Below, piece after piece: positions 11,382 to 22,352 of a stretch of 64,000 nt of DNA. The notes under the pieces are model-generated. The model ran no database searches. It was given only the letters and a program-made list of their open reading frames with translations, and was not told where the DNA came from. The DNA is from Candidatus Poribacteria bacterium (GTDB taxonomy: Bacteria; Poribacteria; WGA-4E; PCPOR2b). Position 1 is the first letter of the stretch, and each line of letters opens with the position of its first letter. The position numbers were made by a program, and so were the translations under genes. The stretch is taken from assembly GCA_965208675.1 (NCBI GenBank), contig OZ242351.1:4800001-4864000 (forward strand). Direction: 5' to 3'.

Positions 11382-11750
11382 CTAAATGACTTCAGGGGCT
11401 AAAGAGATAATCCGGGTGAACGCTTTATCTCTGAGTTCACGGGCGACGGGACCAAATATTCGTGTTCCCCTAGGCTGATTTTGAGCATCGATTAACACGG
11501 CCGCATTCTTATCGAACTTGATGTAAGACCCATCCAATCGACGGTACTCCTTGACGGTACGAACAATTACGGCTCGGACAATCTCCCCCTTTTTTACCTG
11601 GCTGTTTGGACTCGCTTCCTTCACACTTGCAACAATTACATCGCCCACTCGCCCATACCGTTTTCGGCTTCCACCAAGCACTCGAATACACATCAGCCGT
11701 TTCGCACCGGTGTTATCAGCACAGATTAAACGGCTGTAGGATTGGATCAT
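11382..11750 (-). CDS. rplN: 50S ribosomal protein L14
   Basis: [25 protein letters not shown]. Confidence 0.99.
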   Translation of the reverse strand: MIQSYSRLICADNTGAKRLMCIRVLGGSRKRYGRVGDVIVASVKEASPNSQVKKGEIVRAVIVRTVKEYRRLDGSYIKFDKNAAVLIDAQNQPRGTRIFGPVARELRDKAFTRIISLAPEVI

Positions 11751-11793
11751 TTATCGGTCCCTTTCTGATACTTCTGGCATCTGTGCGATTAGC

Positions 11794-12069
11794 TCAATCA
11801 TTGTCAGGCTCAATATTTGAAACAACCTGACGAACTTTCCATTTTTTTCTGCGACTAATCGGGCGCGTTTCAACCACCTGAACAAAGTCACCTACTTTAC
11901 ACACATTCTGCTCATCGTGGGCAAGTATTCTTGTTGTTTTTCTTAAAATCTTTTTATAAAACGGATGTTGATAAGTGCGGGTAATTGTGACCGCAACAGT
12001 TTTATCCATTGAATCGCTAGTTACAACACCCGTGCGAAGTTTTCGTCTGCCTCGGTCCTTTTGACTCAA
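11794..12069 (-). CDS. rpsQ: 30S ribosomal protein S17
   Basis: GVVTSDSMDKT, AHDE, ETRPIS. Confidence 0.98.
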   Translation of the reverse strand: MSQKDRGRRKLRTGVVTSDSMDKTVAVTITRTYQHPFYKKILRKTTRILAHDEQNVCKVGDFVQVVETRPISRRKKWKVRQVVSNIEPDND

Positions 12070-12087
12070 GATTGCCCTCTCTCAAAC

Positions 12088-12294
12088 CTATTGTGCATTA
12101 TCAATTTCGAGTTCACGTGCCCCTAAAATTGTGTGAATCCGCGCGATATCTACCTTGATTTTTTTAAATTGAGAAGTATCTTCAAGTTGGCCAAGCATCG
12201 CGCGAAATTTCAGATTAAATAGTGCTTCTTTGAGATTGCCTAGTTCGCTTTTTAGTTCTTCTATTGATTTGCTTCGAAGTTCGACGGTAGTCAT
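12088..12294 (-). CDS. rpmC: 50S ribosomal protein L29
   Basis: ELRSKS..EL, LFNLKF, DIARIHTIL; between rplP and rpsQ. Confidence 0.95.
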   Translation of the reverse strand: MTTVELRSKSIEELKSELGNLKEALFNLKFRAMLGQLEDTSQFKKIKVDIARIHTILGARELEIDNAQ

Positions 12295-12301
12295 TGCCCT
12301 G

Positions 12302-12715
12302 TTATACTCCGGATCGGCTGACAAACTTTGTCTTCACGGGTAATTTGTGGGCGGCTCTTCGCATCGCCTCCCGAGCTTCTGCCTCAGCGACTCCACTTAA
12401 TTCGTACAGGATTCGCCCGGATTTTACAACTGCCACCCAAAATTCGGGCGGACCTTTCCCACTTCCCATTCTAGTTTCAGCGGGTTTCTTACTGATTGGT
12501 TTATGCGGAAAGATTTTAATCCAAACCTTCCCGCCGCGCCGTACATACCGGGTCATCGCGACACGAGCAGCCTCAATTTGACGACTTGTAATCCAACCAC
12601 ATTCAACTGCCTGCAAGCCAAATTCACCAAAATTTATCCGAGAACCGCGGTGGGGCTTGCCGCGCCGCTTCCCTCGTTGCACCTTCCTGTGTAATACACG
12701 CTTTGGCATCAACAT
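12302..12715 (-). CDS. rplP: 50S ribosomal protein L16
   Basis: MLMPKR, RQIEAAR, RMGSGKG, KLP. Confidence 0.99.
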   Translation of the reverse strand: MLMPKRVLHRKVQRGKRRGKPHRGSRINFGEFGLQAVECGWITSRQIEAARVAMTRYVRRGGKVWIKIFPHKPISKKPAETRMGSGKGPPEFWVAVVKSGRILYELSGVAEAEAREAMRRAAHKLPVKTKFVSRSGV

Positions 12716-12836
12716 TTCATGTAACTCCCTATACTTTGGCCCCCTTTACCTCACACTAACATAGGGCAACCTGCAATGAGAAATACAATTGGATTACGAT
12801 GATTCGTGACTGAATTCATCACGATTTTATCGGCGG

Positions 12837-13613
12837 CTAACTTGTTCTGCTACGACGAGAGCCACGCTGGCGAGATTGGCCTTCCCACCTATCTTGAGAG
12901 CGCCGTGAAGGCTGTCTTGATGTGGTCTGTTCAGGAGGAACTTTCGCCACACGCCCTGGGGGCGATGTAATCTCCGGAATGCCAGGTTTACCAATTACTT
13001 CCCCTTTGAAAATCCATGTCTTTACACCAATCTTTCCGTAGGTTGTATTTGCTTCGGTGAACCCATAGTCAATATTCGCTCTTAGTGTATGGAGGGGAAC
13101 GCGCCCATCAATATTTGATTCCGATCGCGCCATCTCATGTCCGCCGAGGCGGCCGCCAATAACTATTTTCACTCCCTGAGCACCAGCCCTCATTGAGGAA
13201 GCGATCGTTTTTTTCATTGCCTGCCTGAAATTCGTTCTCCGCTCAATCTGAAGTGCGACGCCTTCAGCTACGAGTTGCGCATCAAGTTCAGGCTGTTTAA
13301 TTTCTGTCACATTGATTCGGATGGTTCGTCCGATGAGTTTTGCCACGTCCACTTGCAATTTCTCAGCTTCCGCCCCGCGCCGCCCAATCACGATACCAGG
13401 ACGTGCTGTGTGGACATTTATGCTGCACTTATCTCCTACTCTCTCGATTTCAATACGCGAAATTCCCGCGCGTGACAATCTCTCCTTAACGAAGTTTTGA
13501 ATCTTTAAATCTTCATGGAGCCACTGGGCATACTCTTTTTCATTGTACCATTTAGAATCCCAAGTTTCAGTGATGCCCAATCGTAGGCCGCGTGGATGCG
13601 TTTTCTGTCCCAA
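12837..13613 (-). CDS. rpsC: 30S ribosomal protein S3
   Basis: [24 protein letters not shown]; basic C-terminal tail. Confidence 0.99.
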   Translation of the reverse strand: MGQKTHPRGLRLGITETWDSKWYNEKEYAQWLHEDLKIQNFVKERLSRAGISRIEIERVGDKCSINVHTARPGIVIGRRGAEAEKLQVDVAKLIGRTIRINVTEIKQPELDAQLVAEGVALQIERRTNFRQAMKKTIASSMRAGAQGVKIVIGGRLGGHEMARSESNIDGRVPLHTLRANIDYGFTEANTTYGKIGVKTWIFKGEVIGKPGIPEITSPPGRVAKVPPEQTTSRQPSRRSQDRWEGQSRQRGSRRSRTS

Positions 13614-13707
13614 TCAGACCTCCTCACCGAGTTTATTCGTGCAGAAACGTCTACATAGACGAGGCGCAAGAACATTATTCAATTCATGTATAGAGTTAAA
13701 CAATTCC

Positions 13708-14061
13708 TTAATCCTCATTACCATCTTTTTCCTCGTCCAACATAATCGTAATATGCGATCTTCGATGTAATATCCGATTTGCTATACCTCGCGATCTTGG
13801 TCGAAACCACTTGCGGGTCATCCCCTCATCGACGAAAATCGTCTTGATAAAAAGATTGTTTTGGTCAATGTTGGCATCTCGATATTGTGCATTCGCTACC
13901 GCAGATTGAATTAGCTTGCGGATTACCGGAGAAATGGCTTTGTGTGTAACCGTTAATAGATTTAACGCATCGTCCACATACAGCCCTCTCACCAAATCGG
14001 CAACTAAACGTGCCTTGCGCGGTGCAACTGGAACATTTCGGATTCGCGCTTGCGCTTCCAT
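13708..14061 (-). CDS. rplV: 50S ribosomal protein L22
   Basis: PRKARLVADLVRG, SAVANA, SHIT. Confidence 0.99.
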   Translation of the reverse strand: MEAQARIRNVPVAPRKARLVADLVRGLYVDDALNLLTVTHKAISPVIRKLIQSAVANAQYRDANIDQNNLFIKTIFVDEGMTRKWFRPRSRGIANRILHRRSHITIMLDEEKDGNED

Positions 14062-14093
14062 CTTACAAAACTCCTCACCTCGTCGAACGTCAA

Positions 14094-14363
14094 TTACGCT
14101 TTTCTACCGCCAGTATGTGATCGAAACGTCCTTGTTGGTGCGAATTCGCCTAATTTGTGTCCTACCATGTTCTCCGAAATATAAACTGGGAAAAACTTCT
14201 TCCCGTTGTGGATAGCGAGGGTATGCCCCACCAATTCCGGCGTAATCATCGAACGGCGCGACCACGTACGAATAACACGCTTGGTACCGGATCGATTCAT
14301 GGTTTCAATCTTTTTCTGCAGCTTGGGCTCAATGTAAGCCCCTTTTTTCACAGAGCGTGGCAT
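14094..14363 (-). CDS. rpsS: 30S ribosomal protein S19
   Basis: [19 protein letters not shown]. Confidence 0.99.
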   Translation of the reverse strand: MPRSVKKGAYIEPKLQKKIETMNRSGTKRVIRTWSRRSMITPELVGHTLAIHNGKKFFPVYISENMVGHKLGEFAPTRTFRSHTGGRKA

Positions 14364-14440
14364 CAGCCATTCCTCTTCTATTCGGTTGAGGTATGGTACG
14401 TTTTATTCCCATGCAATCGAAATTGAGTCTAATAAAATGA

Positions 14441-15265
14441 CTACTTGCGACGAATAGAAATATATTGACTCGATTTCTTCTTAGGATTTCGTGTTTTATA
14501 ACCCTTCGTCGGAACTCCCGAAGGTGTTACGGGGTGCCTACCACCCGAACTTTTCCCTTCGCCGCCGCCATGAGGATGATCGATTGGATTCATTGCAACG
14601 CCACGGACTTTAGGGCGATGTCCCATCCATCGAGAACGCCCAGCCTTACCGATAGAGATATTGGCATATTCAACATTGCCAACCTGGCCAATAGTAGCCA
14701 TGCAGGTCACCAAAATTAACCGAACCTCACTGGATGGCAGCCGAATCCGTGCATATTTGCCTTCTCGATCAATCAACTGCGCAGCGGCACCGGCACTTCG
14801 TACTAACTGCGCTCCTTTACCCGGCATCATTTCTACGTTGTGTACCGAGGTCCCGAGGGGTATTTTCTCAAGCGGTAAAGCGTTCCCTACCTTAATCTCC
14901 GCATCTGTGCCTGAACTCAACATTTCGCCGACCTGCAGGCCTAAGGGCGCAAGAATATACCGCTTTTCACCATCAGAATAGTGAAGAAGCGCGACACGGG
15001 CGGACCGGTTGGGATCGTACTCAATTGAGGCAACTTTTGCTGGAATTCCAAATTTATCACGCCTGAAATCAATGTTTCTGTATCGCCGTTTGTGTCCACC
15101 TCCGCGCCTTCGGACGGTAATGCGTCCTAATGCGTTCCGCCCGGCATTGTTCTTTTTCCCTTTAACTAAGGATTTTTCTGGTTGACGACGAGTAATTTCT
15201 TCAAAAGTATGTCCCGTCATCGTTCGGCGACTAGGTGTCACTGGCGAATAGGTCTTAACTGCCAT
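14441..15265 (-). CDS. rplB: 50S ribosomal protein L2
   Basis: [26 protein letters not shown]; start at MAVKTY. Confidence 0.99.
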   Translation of the reverse strand: MAVKTYSPVTPSRRTMTGHTFEEITRRQPEKSLVKGKKNNAGRNALGRITVRRRGGGHKRRYRNIDFRRDKFGIPAKVASIEYDPNRSARVALLHYSDGEKRYILAPLGLQVGEMLSSGTDAEIKVGNALPLEKIPLGTSVHNVEMMPGKGAQLVRSAGAAAQLIDREGKYARIRLPSSEVRLILVTCMATIGQVGNVEYANISIGKAGRSRWMGHRPKVRGVAMNPIDHPHGGGEGKSSGGRHPVTPSGVPTKGYKTRNPKKKSSQYISIRRK

Positions 15266-15343
15266 GCTCAATTCCTTTTGCAAATTGAAATGGGCATACC
15301 GCACGACACGGTAACACAGGCGTAAACCCATCAACTCACAGGT

Positions 15344-15643
15344 TTAAATTCCTTCGAAAATCTGTATGGTTGCCCCTTCTTCGATAGTGATAATTGCTTT
15401 TTTCCAGCTAGGGCGTCTGCCAATCCGATACCGAAACAACTTCCCTTTTGGCTTCCCATGAACCCGAATGGTATTTACGTGCGTAATTTTACCCTTTAAA
15501 TCAAATATCTCTTCAGCAGCCTGACGAATTTCTGATTTCGTGGATTTTGAATCAACAACGAATGAATACTTATTGGATTCCCGAAGAATTGTGCTTTTTT
15601 CGGTAACTAGAGGCTTTAATATAACTTGGTACGGTTCTTTCAT
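15344..15643 (-). CDS. rplW: 50S ribosomal protein L23
   Basis: PLVTEKS, WKKAI. Confidence 0.97.
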   Translation of the reverse strand: MKEPYQVILKPLVTEKSTILRESNKYSFVVDSKSTKSEIRQAAEEIFDLKGKITHVNTIRVHGKPKGKLFRYRIGRRPSWKKAIITIEEGATIQIFEGI

Positions 15644-15677
15644 TGACTGGCTTATGCCTTATTTGAAGAAGTTCTTG

Positions 15678-16319
15678 TTATTCGACTACTTGATTTTCTA
15701 CGAATTTACACTCAAGCTTTTCTACCGCGCTTTCAGTGAAGACGATTTTGTCATGCCAAAGTACATCATGAATATTTAACCTATCCCACGTGCAACTATT
15801 CGCCCGAGGAATATTCCGCACAGATAAAAAAATGTTGGGATCATGGGATCCAACGACAAAAAGTGTTTTACCTTCAAGGCCAAAGGAATCTAAAAACTCA
15901 ACGAATGTTTTAGTTTTGGGCAGTTCTAATGTGAAATCCTCTACTATTAAACAATTGCTACTTTGAAATTTGTCCGCTAAAGCCGAGTGAAGCCCACGTC
16001 TACGGATTTTTTTGGGGGTATATTGACGATAGCTCCGCGGTTTTGGACCAAATGCCACACCCCCGTGTACACGTGTCGGTGATTTTTTATCCCCGGCACG
16101 AGCCCGTCCCGTACCTTTTTGGCGATAGAGCTTTTTCTTGCTGCCGCGAACCTCTGAGCGTGATTTGGTGGAAGCTGTTCCTCTTCGTTGATTGGCAAGG
16201 TATGCAACGACACATTGATGTACAACAGCCGTGTTAACAGTTTCATTAACAAATATGTCCGATAATTCCTTCGACCGAAGAATAGAACCCGACCGGTCAT
16301 ACACATCGAAAGTTGCCAT
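15678..16319 (-). CDS. rplD: 50S ribosomal protein L4
   Basis: [27 protein letters not shown]. Confidence 0.99.
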   Translation of the reverse strand: MATFDVYDRSGSILRSKELSDIFVNETVNTAVVHQCVVAYLANQRRGTASTKSRSEVRGSKKKLYRQKGTGRARAGDKKSPTRVHGGVAFGPKPRSYRQYTPKKIRRRGLHSALADKFQSSNCLIVEDFTLELPKTKTFVEFLDSFGLEGKTLFVVGSHDPNIFLSVRNIPRANSCTWDRLNIHDVLWHDKIVFTESAVEKLECKFVENQVVE

Positions 16320-16398
16320 GGTCAATCACCCTTACAAAGATGGACGGAATCGCTTGATTTTATTTTTGACATTATTCGTTTTCGCGGAGGATAATCTC

Positions 16399-17028
16399 TC
16401 ATTTGACCGCTTTTCTGATGACTAGCAATCCATTTGGCGGACCAGCGACTGCACCTTTAATGACCAAAAGATTCCTATCCATATCGGCTTCAATGACTTC
16501 TAAGTTTTGGATGGTAACTCGTTTTCCGCCATGCCGGCCTGACATACGCTTTCCCTTGAAGACCCGTGAGGGATCGGAACCTGCTCCAATCGAACCCGGG
16601 CGTCTCAAATCTTGTTCGCCTCCATGGGATTTTCTACCACCCGCGAACCCCCAACGTTTAACGACGCCGGTAAAACCTCTTCCTTTTGAAATCCCGGATA
16701 CATCAACGGTGTCGCCGGCTGAAAAAATTCCTGCATCAATAACCGATCCAACCGACAACCCTTCGGTTGTGTCTACGCGCACCTCTTTCAAATACCGGCG
16801 AGGCGCAACATCTGCCTTTTTGAAATGGCCATGTATCGGGCGGTTAATCTTATTTTCGTTTCGATCGACAAATCCCAGTTGAACCGCATTATATCCGTCT
16901 CGTTTCTCGGTCTTAATTTGCACGATTGGACAAGGGCCGGCTTCCACGACCGTTACCGGAATGGCTGTACCAGATTCGTCAAAGACTTGGGTCATTCCTA
17001 TCTTTTTACCCAAAATTCCATCGCTCAT
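16399..17028 (-). CDS. rplC: 50S ribosomal protein L3
   Basis: GKKIGMTQVF, DGYNAVQ, SKGRGF, RPGSIG. Confidence 0.99.
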   Translation of the reverse strand: MSDGILGKKIGMTQVFDESGTAIPVTVVEAGPCPIVQIKTEKRDGYNAVQLGFVDRNENKINRPIHGHFKKADVAPRRYLKEVRVDTTEGLSVGSVIDAGIFSAGDTVDVSGISKGRGFTGVVKRWGFAGGRKSHGGEQDLRRPGSIGAGSDPSRVFKGKRMSGRHGGKRVTIQNLEVIEADMDRNLLVIKGAVAGPPNGLLVIRKAVK

Positions 17029-17061
17029 TTACACATCTCCAAAGCCGGTATTACAGATTAC

Positions 17062-17373
17062 CTACAAAAGCATGATTTTAACATCAACACCGGCAGGCAA
17101 ATCTAAGCGCATTAAGGCGTCTACAGTCTTTGGGGTTATTTCCACGATATCCAAAACCCTCTTATGGATACGCATTTCAAACTGCTCACGAGACTTTTTA
17201 TCTATGAATGTAGACCGTTGAACTGTATAGGTATGTTTCTTTGTGGGCAGCGGGATTGGACCAGACACAACTGCCCCTGACCGCTTCGCAGTATCTGCGA
17301 TTTGTGATGCGGACTGGTCTAATAATCGATGATCGAACGCTTTCAGGCGAATACGAATTTTTTGGTTGTCCAT
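17062..17373 (-). CDS. rpsJ: 30S ribosomal protein S10
   Basis: [23 protein letters not shown]. Confidence 0.99.
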   Translation of the reverse strand: MDNQKIRIRLKAFDHRLLDQSASQIADTAKRSGAVVSGPIPLPTKKHTYTVQRSTFIDKKSREQFEMRIHKRVLDIVEITPKTVDALMRLDLPAGVDVKIMLL

Positions 17374-17604
17374 CAACCTTTCCAATTGAGTCCATGGAGC
17401 GGTGCACTACACAGCACGAATCGGACAAAAGGACGTATGCACGATATTTTTCAAATCAACTGGGCGATACAGTGCAAATCCAATAACCCCATTAGACCTC
17501 GAGTGTTGCAAAAAGATGACCCGATTAATTTTATCACGGTTTGTTGTGAGGCGTCTTTTCGCGACGATTACCCTTCTTCATTGCAACTTACAACGTAGGA
17601 GCGT

Positions 17605-18801
17605 TCACTCAATAACTTTAGAAACAACACCTGCTCCAACAGTATGTCCACCTTCACGTATGGCGAACCTCAATTCTTCTTCTAAGGCAATTGGCTTTGT
17701 CAGTTCTACGCTAATATGGATGTGATCGCCTGGCATTACCATTTCGACCCCATCGGGAAGGTGCATTACGCCTGTTACGTCCGTCGTACGGAAGTAAAAC
17801 TGGGGTCGGTACCCGGTAAAGAATGGTGTCCAACGACCGCCTTCCTCTTTATTCAAAATATAGGTTTCCGCTTCAAATTTCGTGTGGGGTGTAATTGAAC
17901 TAGGCGCCGCTACCACTTGCCCCCGCTCAACATTCTGGCGCTCAATACCACGCAACAATAACCCGATGTTATCACCGGCGCGCCCTTCATCTAACAACTT
18001 TCGGAACATCTCCACCCCGGTGACAACAGTGTCATGGGTTGGTCGAAGGCCAACAATTTCAACAGTTTCGCCGACCTTTACTATTCCACGTTCCACACGC
18101 CCTGTCACAACAGTTCCTCGTCCCGTAATTGAAAAAATATCTTCTATTGGCATTAAAAACGGCCTGTCAATATCTCTTACGGGTTCAGGAATATACGCGT
18201 CAATGGCTTCCATCAAGTCCAAAATTGGCTTACATGCTTCATTGTCTGGTTCGCCGCTTTCCATCGCCTCTAGTGCGGAACCCGCAATTACAGGGATATC
18301 ATCCCCCGGAAATTCATATTCGGTTAAAAGTTCTCGAACTTCAAGCTCAACCAATTCCAAAAGTTCGGGGTCATCAACCATGTCGGCCTTATTTAGAAAA
18401 ACTACGATTGAAGGCACATTTACTTGCCGCGCTAATAGAACGTGCTCACGGGTTTGGGGCATTGGACCATCGGCAGCAGACACCACCAAGATTGCTCCAT
18501 CCATTTGCGCCGCACCTGTAATCATATTTTTGATGTAGTCCGCGTGTCCGGGACAATCCACATGAGCATAGTGTCGAATCTCGGTTTCATATTCCACGTG
18601 GGCTGTATTGATTGTAATTCCGCGCTCTTTCTCTTCCGGCGCGGCGTCAATCTCTTCGTAAGTCTTAACATAATCTACTCCGGAAAGCTTTGAAAAGATC
18701 ATTGTAATTGCCGCCGTTAACGTTGTCTTACCGTGATCAACGTGCCCAATTGTACCGATATTGATGTGTGGTTTAGTCCTTTCAAATTTTGCTTTAGCCA
18801 T
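17605..18801 (-). CDS. tuf: Elongation factor Tu
   Basis: [23 protein letters not shown]. Confidence 0.99.
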   Translation of the reverse strand: MAKAKFERTKPHINIGTIGHVDHGKTTLTAAITMIFSKLSGVDYVKTYEEIDAAPEEKERGITINTAHVEYETEIRHYAHVDCPGHADYIKNMITGAAQMDGAILVVSAADGPMPQTREHVLLARQVNVPSIVVFLNKADMVDDPELLELVELEVRELLTEYEFPGDDIPVIAGSALEAMESGEPDNEACKPILDLMEAIDAYIPEPVRDIDRPFLMPIEDIFSITGRGTVVTGRVERGIVKVGETVEIVGLRPTHDTVVTGVEMFRKLLDEGRAGDNIGLLLRGIERQNVERGQVVAAPSSITPHTKFEAETYILNKEEGGRWTPFFTGYRPQFYFRTTDVTGVMHLPDGVEMVMPGDHIHISVELTKPIALEEELRFAIREGGHTVGAGVVSKVIE

Positions 18802-18913
18802 GTGTAAATCTCCTCACATTCATAAGAATTTTAAAGCGTGTACATACTTGCCAGACTCTGGCGATCAGGGTTGGTTATCATTCATAAAGCGGTAACTGAT
18901 TAGAATGATAGAG

Positions 18914-21052
18914 TTAAGATAGCCTTTTTGACGAAAGAATCTCCTGTACAATGCCTTGTGGAACATCACTGTAGTGCGAGAATTCCATTGAATACGTCGC
19001 TCGACCTTGAGTTAGGGAGCGAAGCGTTTTGACATAACCAAACATCTCAGCAAGTGGGCAATATGCTTGAATCAACTGTATGTGTGATTTCGATTGTGTG
19101 TCCGTGCGGAGAATTTGTGCTCGACGTGCATTCAAGTCTCCCATAACTTTGCCTAAGTAGCTATCAGGTACAATCACTTCTACATCCATGATGGGTTCAA
19201 GCAAGATTGGCTGTGCTTGCTTCATTGCGTCTTTGAAGGCAATCGAAGCAGCAATAGAAAACGCTAATTCTGATGAATCAACGGCATGGTAAGAACCGTC
19301 GTAGAGACGTACACCGACATCAACTATTGGATAGCCGCATACAATCCCTACGTTCATTGCTTCCTGAATCCCCTTATTAACAGCAGGTATATAGTCTTTT
19401 GGAATATCACCGCTCTTTATTTCATCAACGAATTCATATCCAGATCCCTTTTCAATGGGATAAATTTCGAGAACCACATGTCCGTATTGCCCACGTCCGC
19501 CAGATTGTCTGACAAATCGTCCCTCCGCCATCGCATGGCGCCGGATGGTTTCCCGATAAGCCACTTGGGGCTGTCCAATATTTGCGCTTACATTAAACTC
19601 TCTAATTAGGCGATCGACGATGATTTCAAGGTGCAACTCTCCCATTCCTGACAGGAGCGTTTGACCTGTTTCGGTGTTTTGATGAATCTTGAAGGTTGGA
19701 TCTTCTTCTGCGAGTTTCAAGAGAGCTAGGTTCATTTTGTCAACGTCGGATTGCGTCTGTGGTTCAATTGCAATTGACATGACCGGCGATGGAAAGGTTA
19801 TCGATTCAAACTGTATGGGTAAATCCTGTACACAGATAGTGTCGCCGGTGGAGATATCCTTCAACCCAATTACTGCCGCTATGTCTCCGGCATAAACTGC
19901 ATGGCGTTCTTCACGTTTATTCGCGTGCATTTGCATCAACCTTCCAGCTCTCTCGTGCTTTTGACGCGTACTGTTATATACGGCTGCACCTTTTGTTAAA
20001 ACGCCAGAATAGACACGAAGAAACGTTAATTTTCCAACGTGCTCATCCGTCATAATTTTGAAGGCTAATGCCGAAAAAGGTTCATCATCGCTGGCTGAAC
20101 GCCTTTCTTCGTTATGGGTTTGGGGATGAAAACCGGTCATTGGGGGAACATCTACGGGGGAGGGCAAAAAATCAGTGATGGCATCTAACAACGGTTGAAT
20201 TCCTCTGTTTCTTAATGCGGCGCCGCATATCACCGGGACAACGTGACCGTTCAATGTAGCTTTTCTCAAGCCGGATTTGATTTCCGCCTCGGAAAACTCA
20301 ACACCATCAAGGTATTTAATTAGCAACTCATTATCCCATTCCGCAATCGCCTCCAACATCTGCCCTCGGTATTCCTCAACTATCTCTGTCATTTCTTCAG
20401 GGATTGCTGTTTCGTCAAACACAGTTCCGAGGCTTGCTTCATTCCAGGTTAAACCTTTGCGTGTAATCAAATCAACGACACCGTTAAACCGCTCGGCCGA
20501 ACCGATGGGCAACTGAATTGGTATAGCGCGTGCGCCGAGCCGTTCAACCATCATTTCAACGGTTCGAAAAAAGTCTGCGCCCGTCCGATCCATCTTATTT
20601 ATTAATGCGATGCGAGGTATTTGATATTTATCCGCTTGCCTCCATACAGTTTCGGATTGCGGCTCGACACCGCCAACCGCACAAAACACCGCAACCGCAC
20701 CATCAAGAACGCGGAGTGAACGTTCGACTTCAACCGTAAAATCGATATGACCGGGCGTATCGATAATGTTGATACGATGATCTTTCCATCGGCAGGCTGT
20801 TGCCGCGGCAGTTATAGTTATCCCCCGTTCTTGTTCTTGGACCATCCAATCCATCGTGGTAGTGCCATCATCGACTATACCCATCCGATGGACTCGACCT
20901 GTATAGTATAATATTCGTTCGGTTATAGTTGTCTTTCCAGCATCAATATGCGCCATAATGCCAATGTTGCGCGTATTAGCCACAGGGAATCGACGTGGAT
21001 CTATAGATTTCCGTTTAGCGGATGAGGATCGGTCATTATGTGTGAGCGTCAT
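18914..21052 (-). CDS. fusA: Elongation factor G
   Basis: [32 protein letters not shown]. Confidence 0.99.
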   Translation of the reverse strand: MTLTHNDRSSSAKRKSIDPRRFPVANTRNIGIMAHIDAGKTTITERILYYTGRVHRMGIVDDGTTTMDWMVQEQERGITITAAATACRWKDHRINIIDTPGHIDFTVEVERSLRVLDGAVAVFCAVGGVEPQSETVWRQADKYQIPRIALINKMDRTGADFFRTVEMMVERLGARAIPIQLPIGSAERFNGVVDLITRKGLTWNEASLGTVFDETAIPEEMTEIVEEYRGQMLEAIAEWDNELLIKYLDGVEFSEAEIKSGLRKATLNGHVVPVICGAALRNRGIQPLLDAITDFLPSPVDVPPMTGFHPQTHNEERRSASDDEPFSALAFKIMTDEHVGKLTFLRVYSGVLTKGAAVYNSTRQKHERAGRLMQMHANKREERHAVYAGDIAAVIGLKDISTGDTICVQDLPIQFESITFPSPVMSIAIEPQTQSDVDKMNLALLKLAEEDPTFKIHQNTETGQTLLSGMGELHLEIIVDRLIREFNVSANIGQPQVAYRETIRRHAMAEGRFVRQSGGRGQYGHVVLEIYPIEKGSGYEFVDEIKSGDIPKDYIPAVNKGIQEAMNVGIVCGYPIVDVGVRLYDGSYHAVDSSELAFSIAASIAFKDAMKQAQPILLEPIMDVEVIVPDSYLGKVMGDLNARRAQILRTDTQSKSHIQLIQAYCPLAEMFGYVKTLRSLTQGRATYSMEFSHYSDVPQGIVQEILSSKRLS

Positions 21053-21100
21053 TTTCTAAATTTACCTTCCGAACGTGCACGGATGGCTTTAACCATCTTT

Positions 21101-21598
21101 CTACCAGCGGTAGTGTGCAAATGCCCGGTTTGCTTCTGCCATTCTATGTTGATCGAGTTTCCTGCGGAATGCGGATCCGTCATTTCGATAAGCATCTAAC
21201 AATTCCCCAGCTAGCCGCTCTTGCATAGTTTTTTCGGGGCGTTGGCTTGTCGTAGCGTAGCCTCGCTCCCGTCGGGTGGATTTGACAATCCATCGAATTG
21301 CTAACGTGGTTCGCCGTTCAGCTTTGACATCAACCGGCACTTGATACGTTTGCCCGCCAACACGCCTCGATCTAATTTCAAGGACAGGTTTGACATTATT
21401 AATCGCCTGACGGAAAACTGCGAACCCATCTTCTTTTGTTTTATGTTCGATAATGTCCAGGCTTTCATACAACATTCGCCTGGCAAGGCTCCTTTTCCCA
21501 CGGGTCATCAGGCAATTGACAAATTTTGCGACAAGCTTACTGTTGTACTTCGGATCCGGGAGTATTTCTCGCTTCTCACCGACTTTGCGTCGCGGCAT
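21101..21598 (-). CDS. rpsG: 30S ribosomal protein S7
   Basis: RRVGGQTYQVP, HRMAEANRAFAHYRW. Confidence 0.99.
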   Translation of the reverse strand: MPRRKVGEKREILPDPKYNSKLVAKFVNCLMTRGKRSLARRMLYESLDIIEHKTKEDGFAVFRQAINNVKPVLEIRSRRVGGQTYQVPVDVKAERRTTLAIRWIVKSTRRERGYATTSQRPEKTMQERLAGELLDAYRNDGSAFRRKLDQHRMAEANRAFAHYRW

Positions 21599-21612
21599 GC
21601 CTTCCTCCTTAT

Positions 21613-21978
21613 TTACCTCTTCGCTCCATATTTGGAGCGAGCCTGCCGTCGATTTTCAACCCCTGCAGTATCTAAAGCACCGCGAACGATATGATATCTG
21701 ACATTTGGCAAATCTTTAACCCTTCCTCCGCGAACAAGGACAACCGAGTGTTCCTGCAGGTTATGGTCAATGCCCGGAATATAACAGGTCGCTTCGTAAC
21801 CTGTTGTGAAACGAACCCGAGCCACTTTTCGCAACGCGGAATTTGGTTTTTTTGGCGTTATGGCTCTGACCTGTACACAGATTCCTCGTCGTTGCGGGCA
21901 GTTTTGAAGGACAGGCGCCTTACTCTTTTTGCGGCTCTTTTTACGCGGCTTTTTGATTAACTGATTTATTGTTGGCAT
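21613..21978 (-). CDS. rpsL: 30S ribosomal protein S12
   Basis: [25 protein letters not shown]. Confidence 0.99.
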   Translation of the reverse strand: MPTINQLIKKPRKKSRKKSKAPVLQNCPQRRGICVQVRAITPKKPNSALRKVARVRFTTGYEATCYIPGIDHNLQEHSVVLVRGGRVKDLPNVRYHIVRGALDTAGVENRRQARSKYGAKR

Positions 21979-22185
21979 TTTTCCCTCGTTTATTTGGTCG
22001 TTGAATACGCGGTTTTGGGCACATGCTTCGAATTTCCGCTAGGCATAAATAAAGCCCCATGGGGACTCAAGGGGCTCATAACTAATTCCTATCATGAGTA
22101 AACCGTAAAAACACTATTGAAGCGTTCTGGGCTTAGAATCCCTCCTTCATGCCTTATCAACTTGAAAAAGCGCACTAAGGATCAG

Positions 22186-22215
22186 ATTATACCAAACCCG
22201 ATTGTTAGATGTCAA
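22186..22215 (-). promoter_or_regulatory. Sigma70-type promoter of the str superoperon
   Basis: TTGACA-18 nt-TATAAT on the minus strand about 200 nt upstream of rpsL. Confidence 0.8.
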
Positions 22216-22352
22216 GGTTTTTCTTAGCTTTTTTGAGTTTTAACACGTTTTTTCTTAAGCTGTGACCTAACAATGCCAAAATTTCCTTTGCAACGCTCTC
22301 ATCAGAGCGTTGCGAAGGACTCAGCGAATCAAATGAAATTCGGAACACACGC

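Noticed and set aside
12794-12825. Hairpin TCGTGA...TCACGA between rpsC and rplP
   Set aside because: Short intra-operon stem-loop of an ordinary kind, with no further support
3366-21960. Many plus-strand ORFs of 60-218 aa opposite ribosomal, tuf and fusA genes
   Set aside because: Antisense shadows of conserved genes with no recognisable motifs
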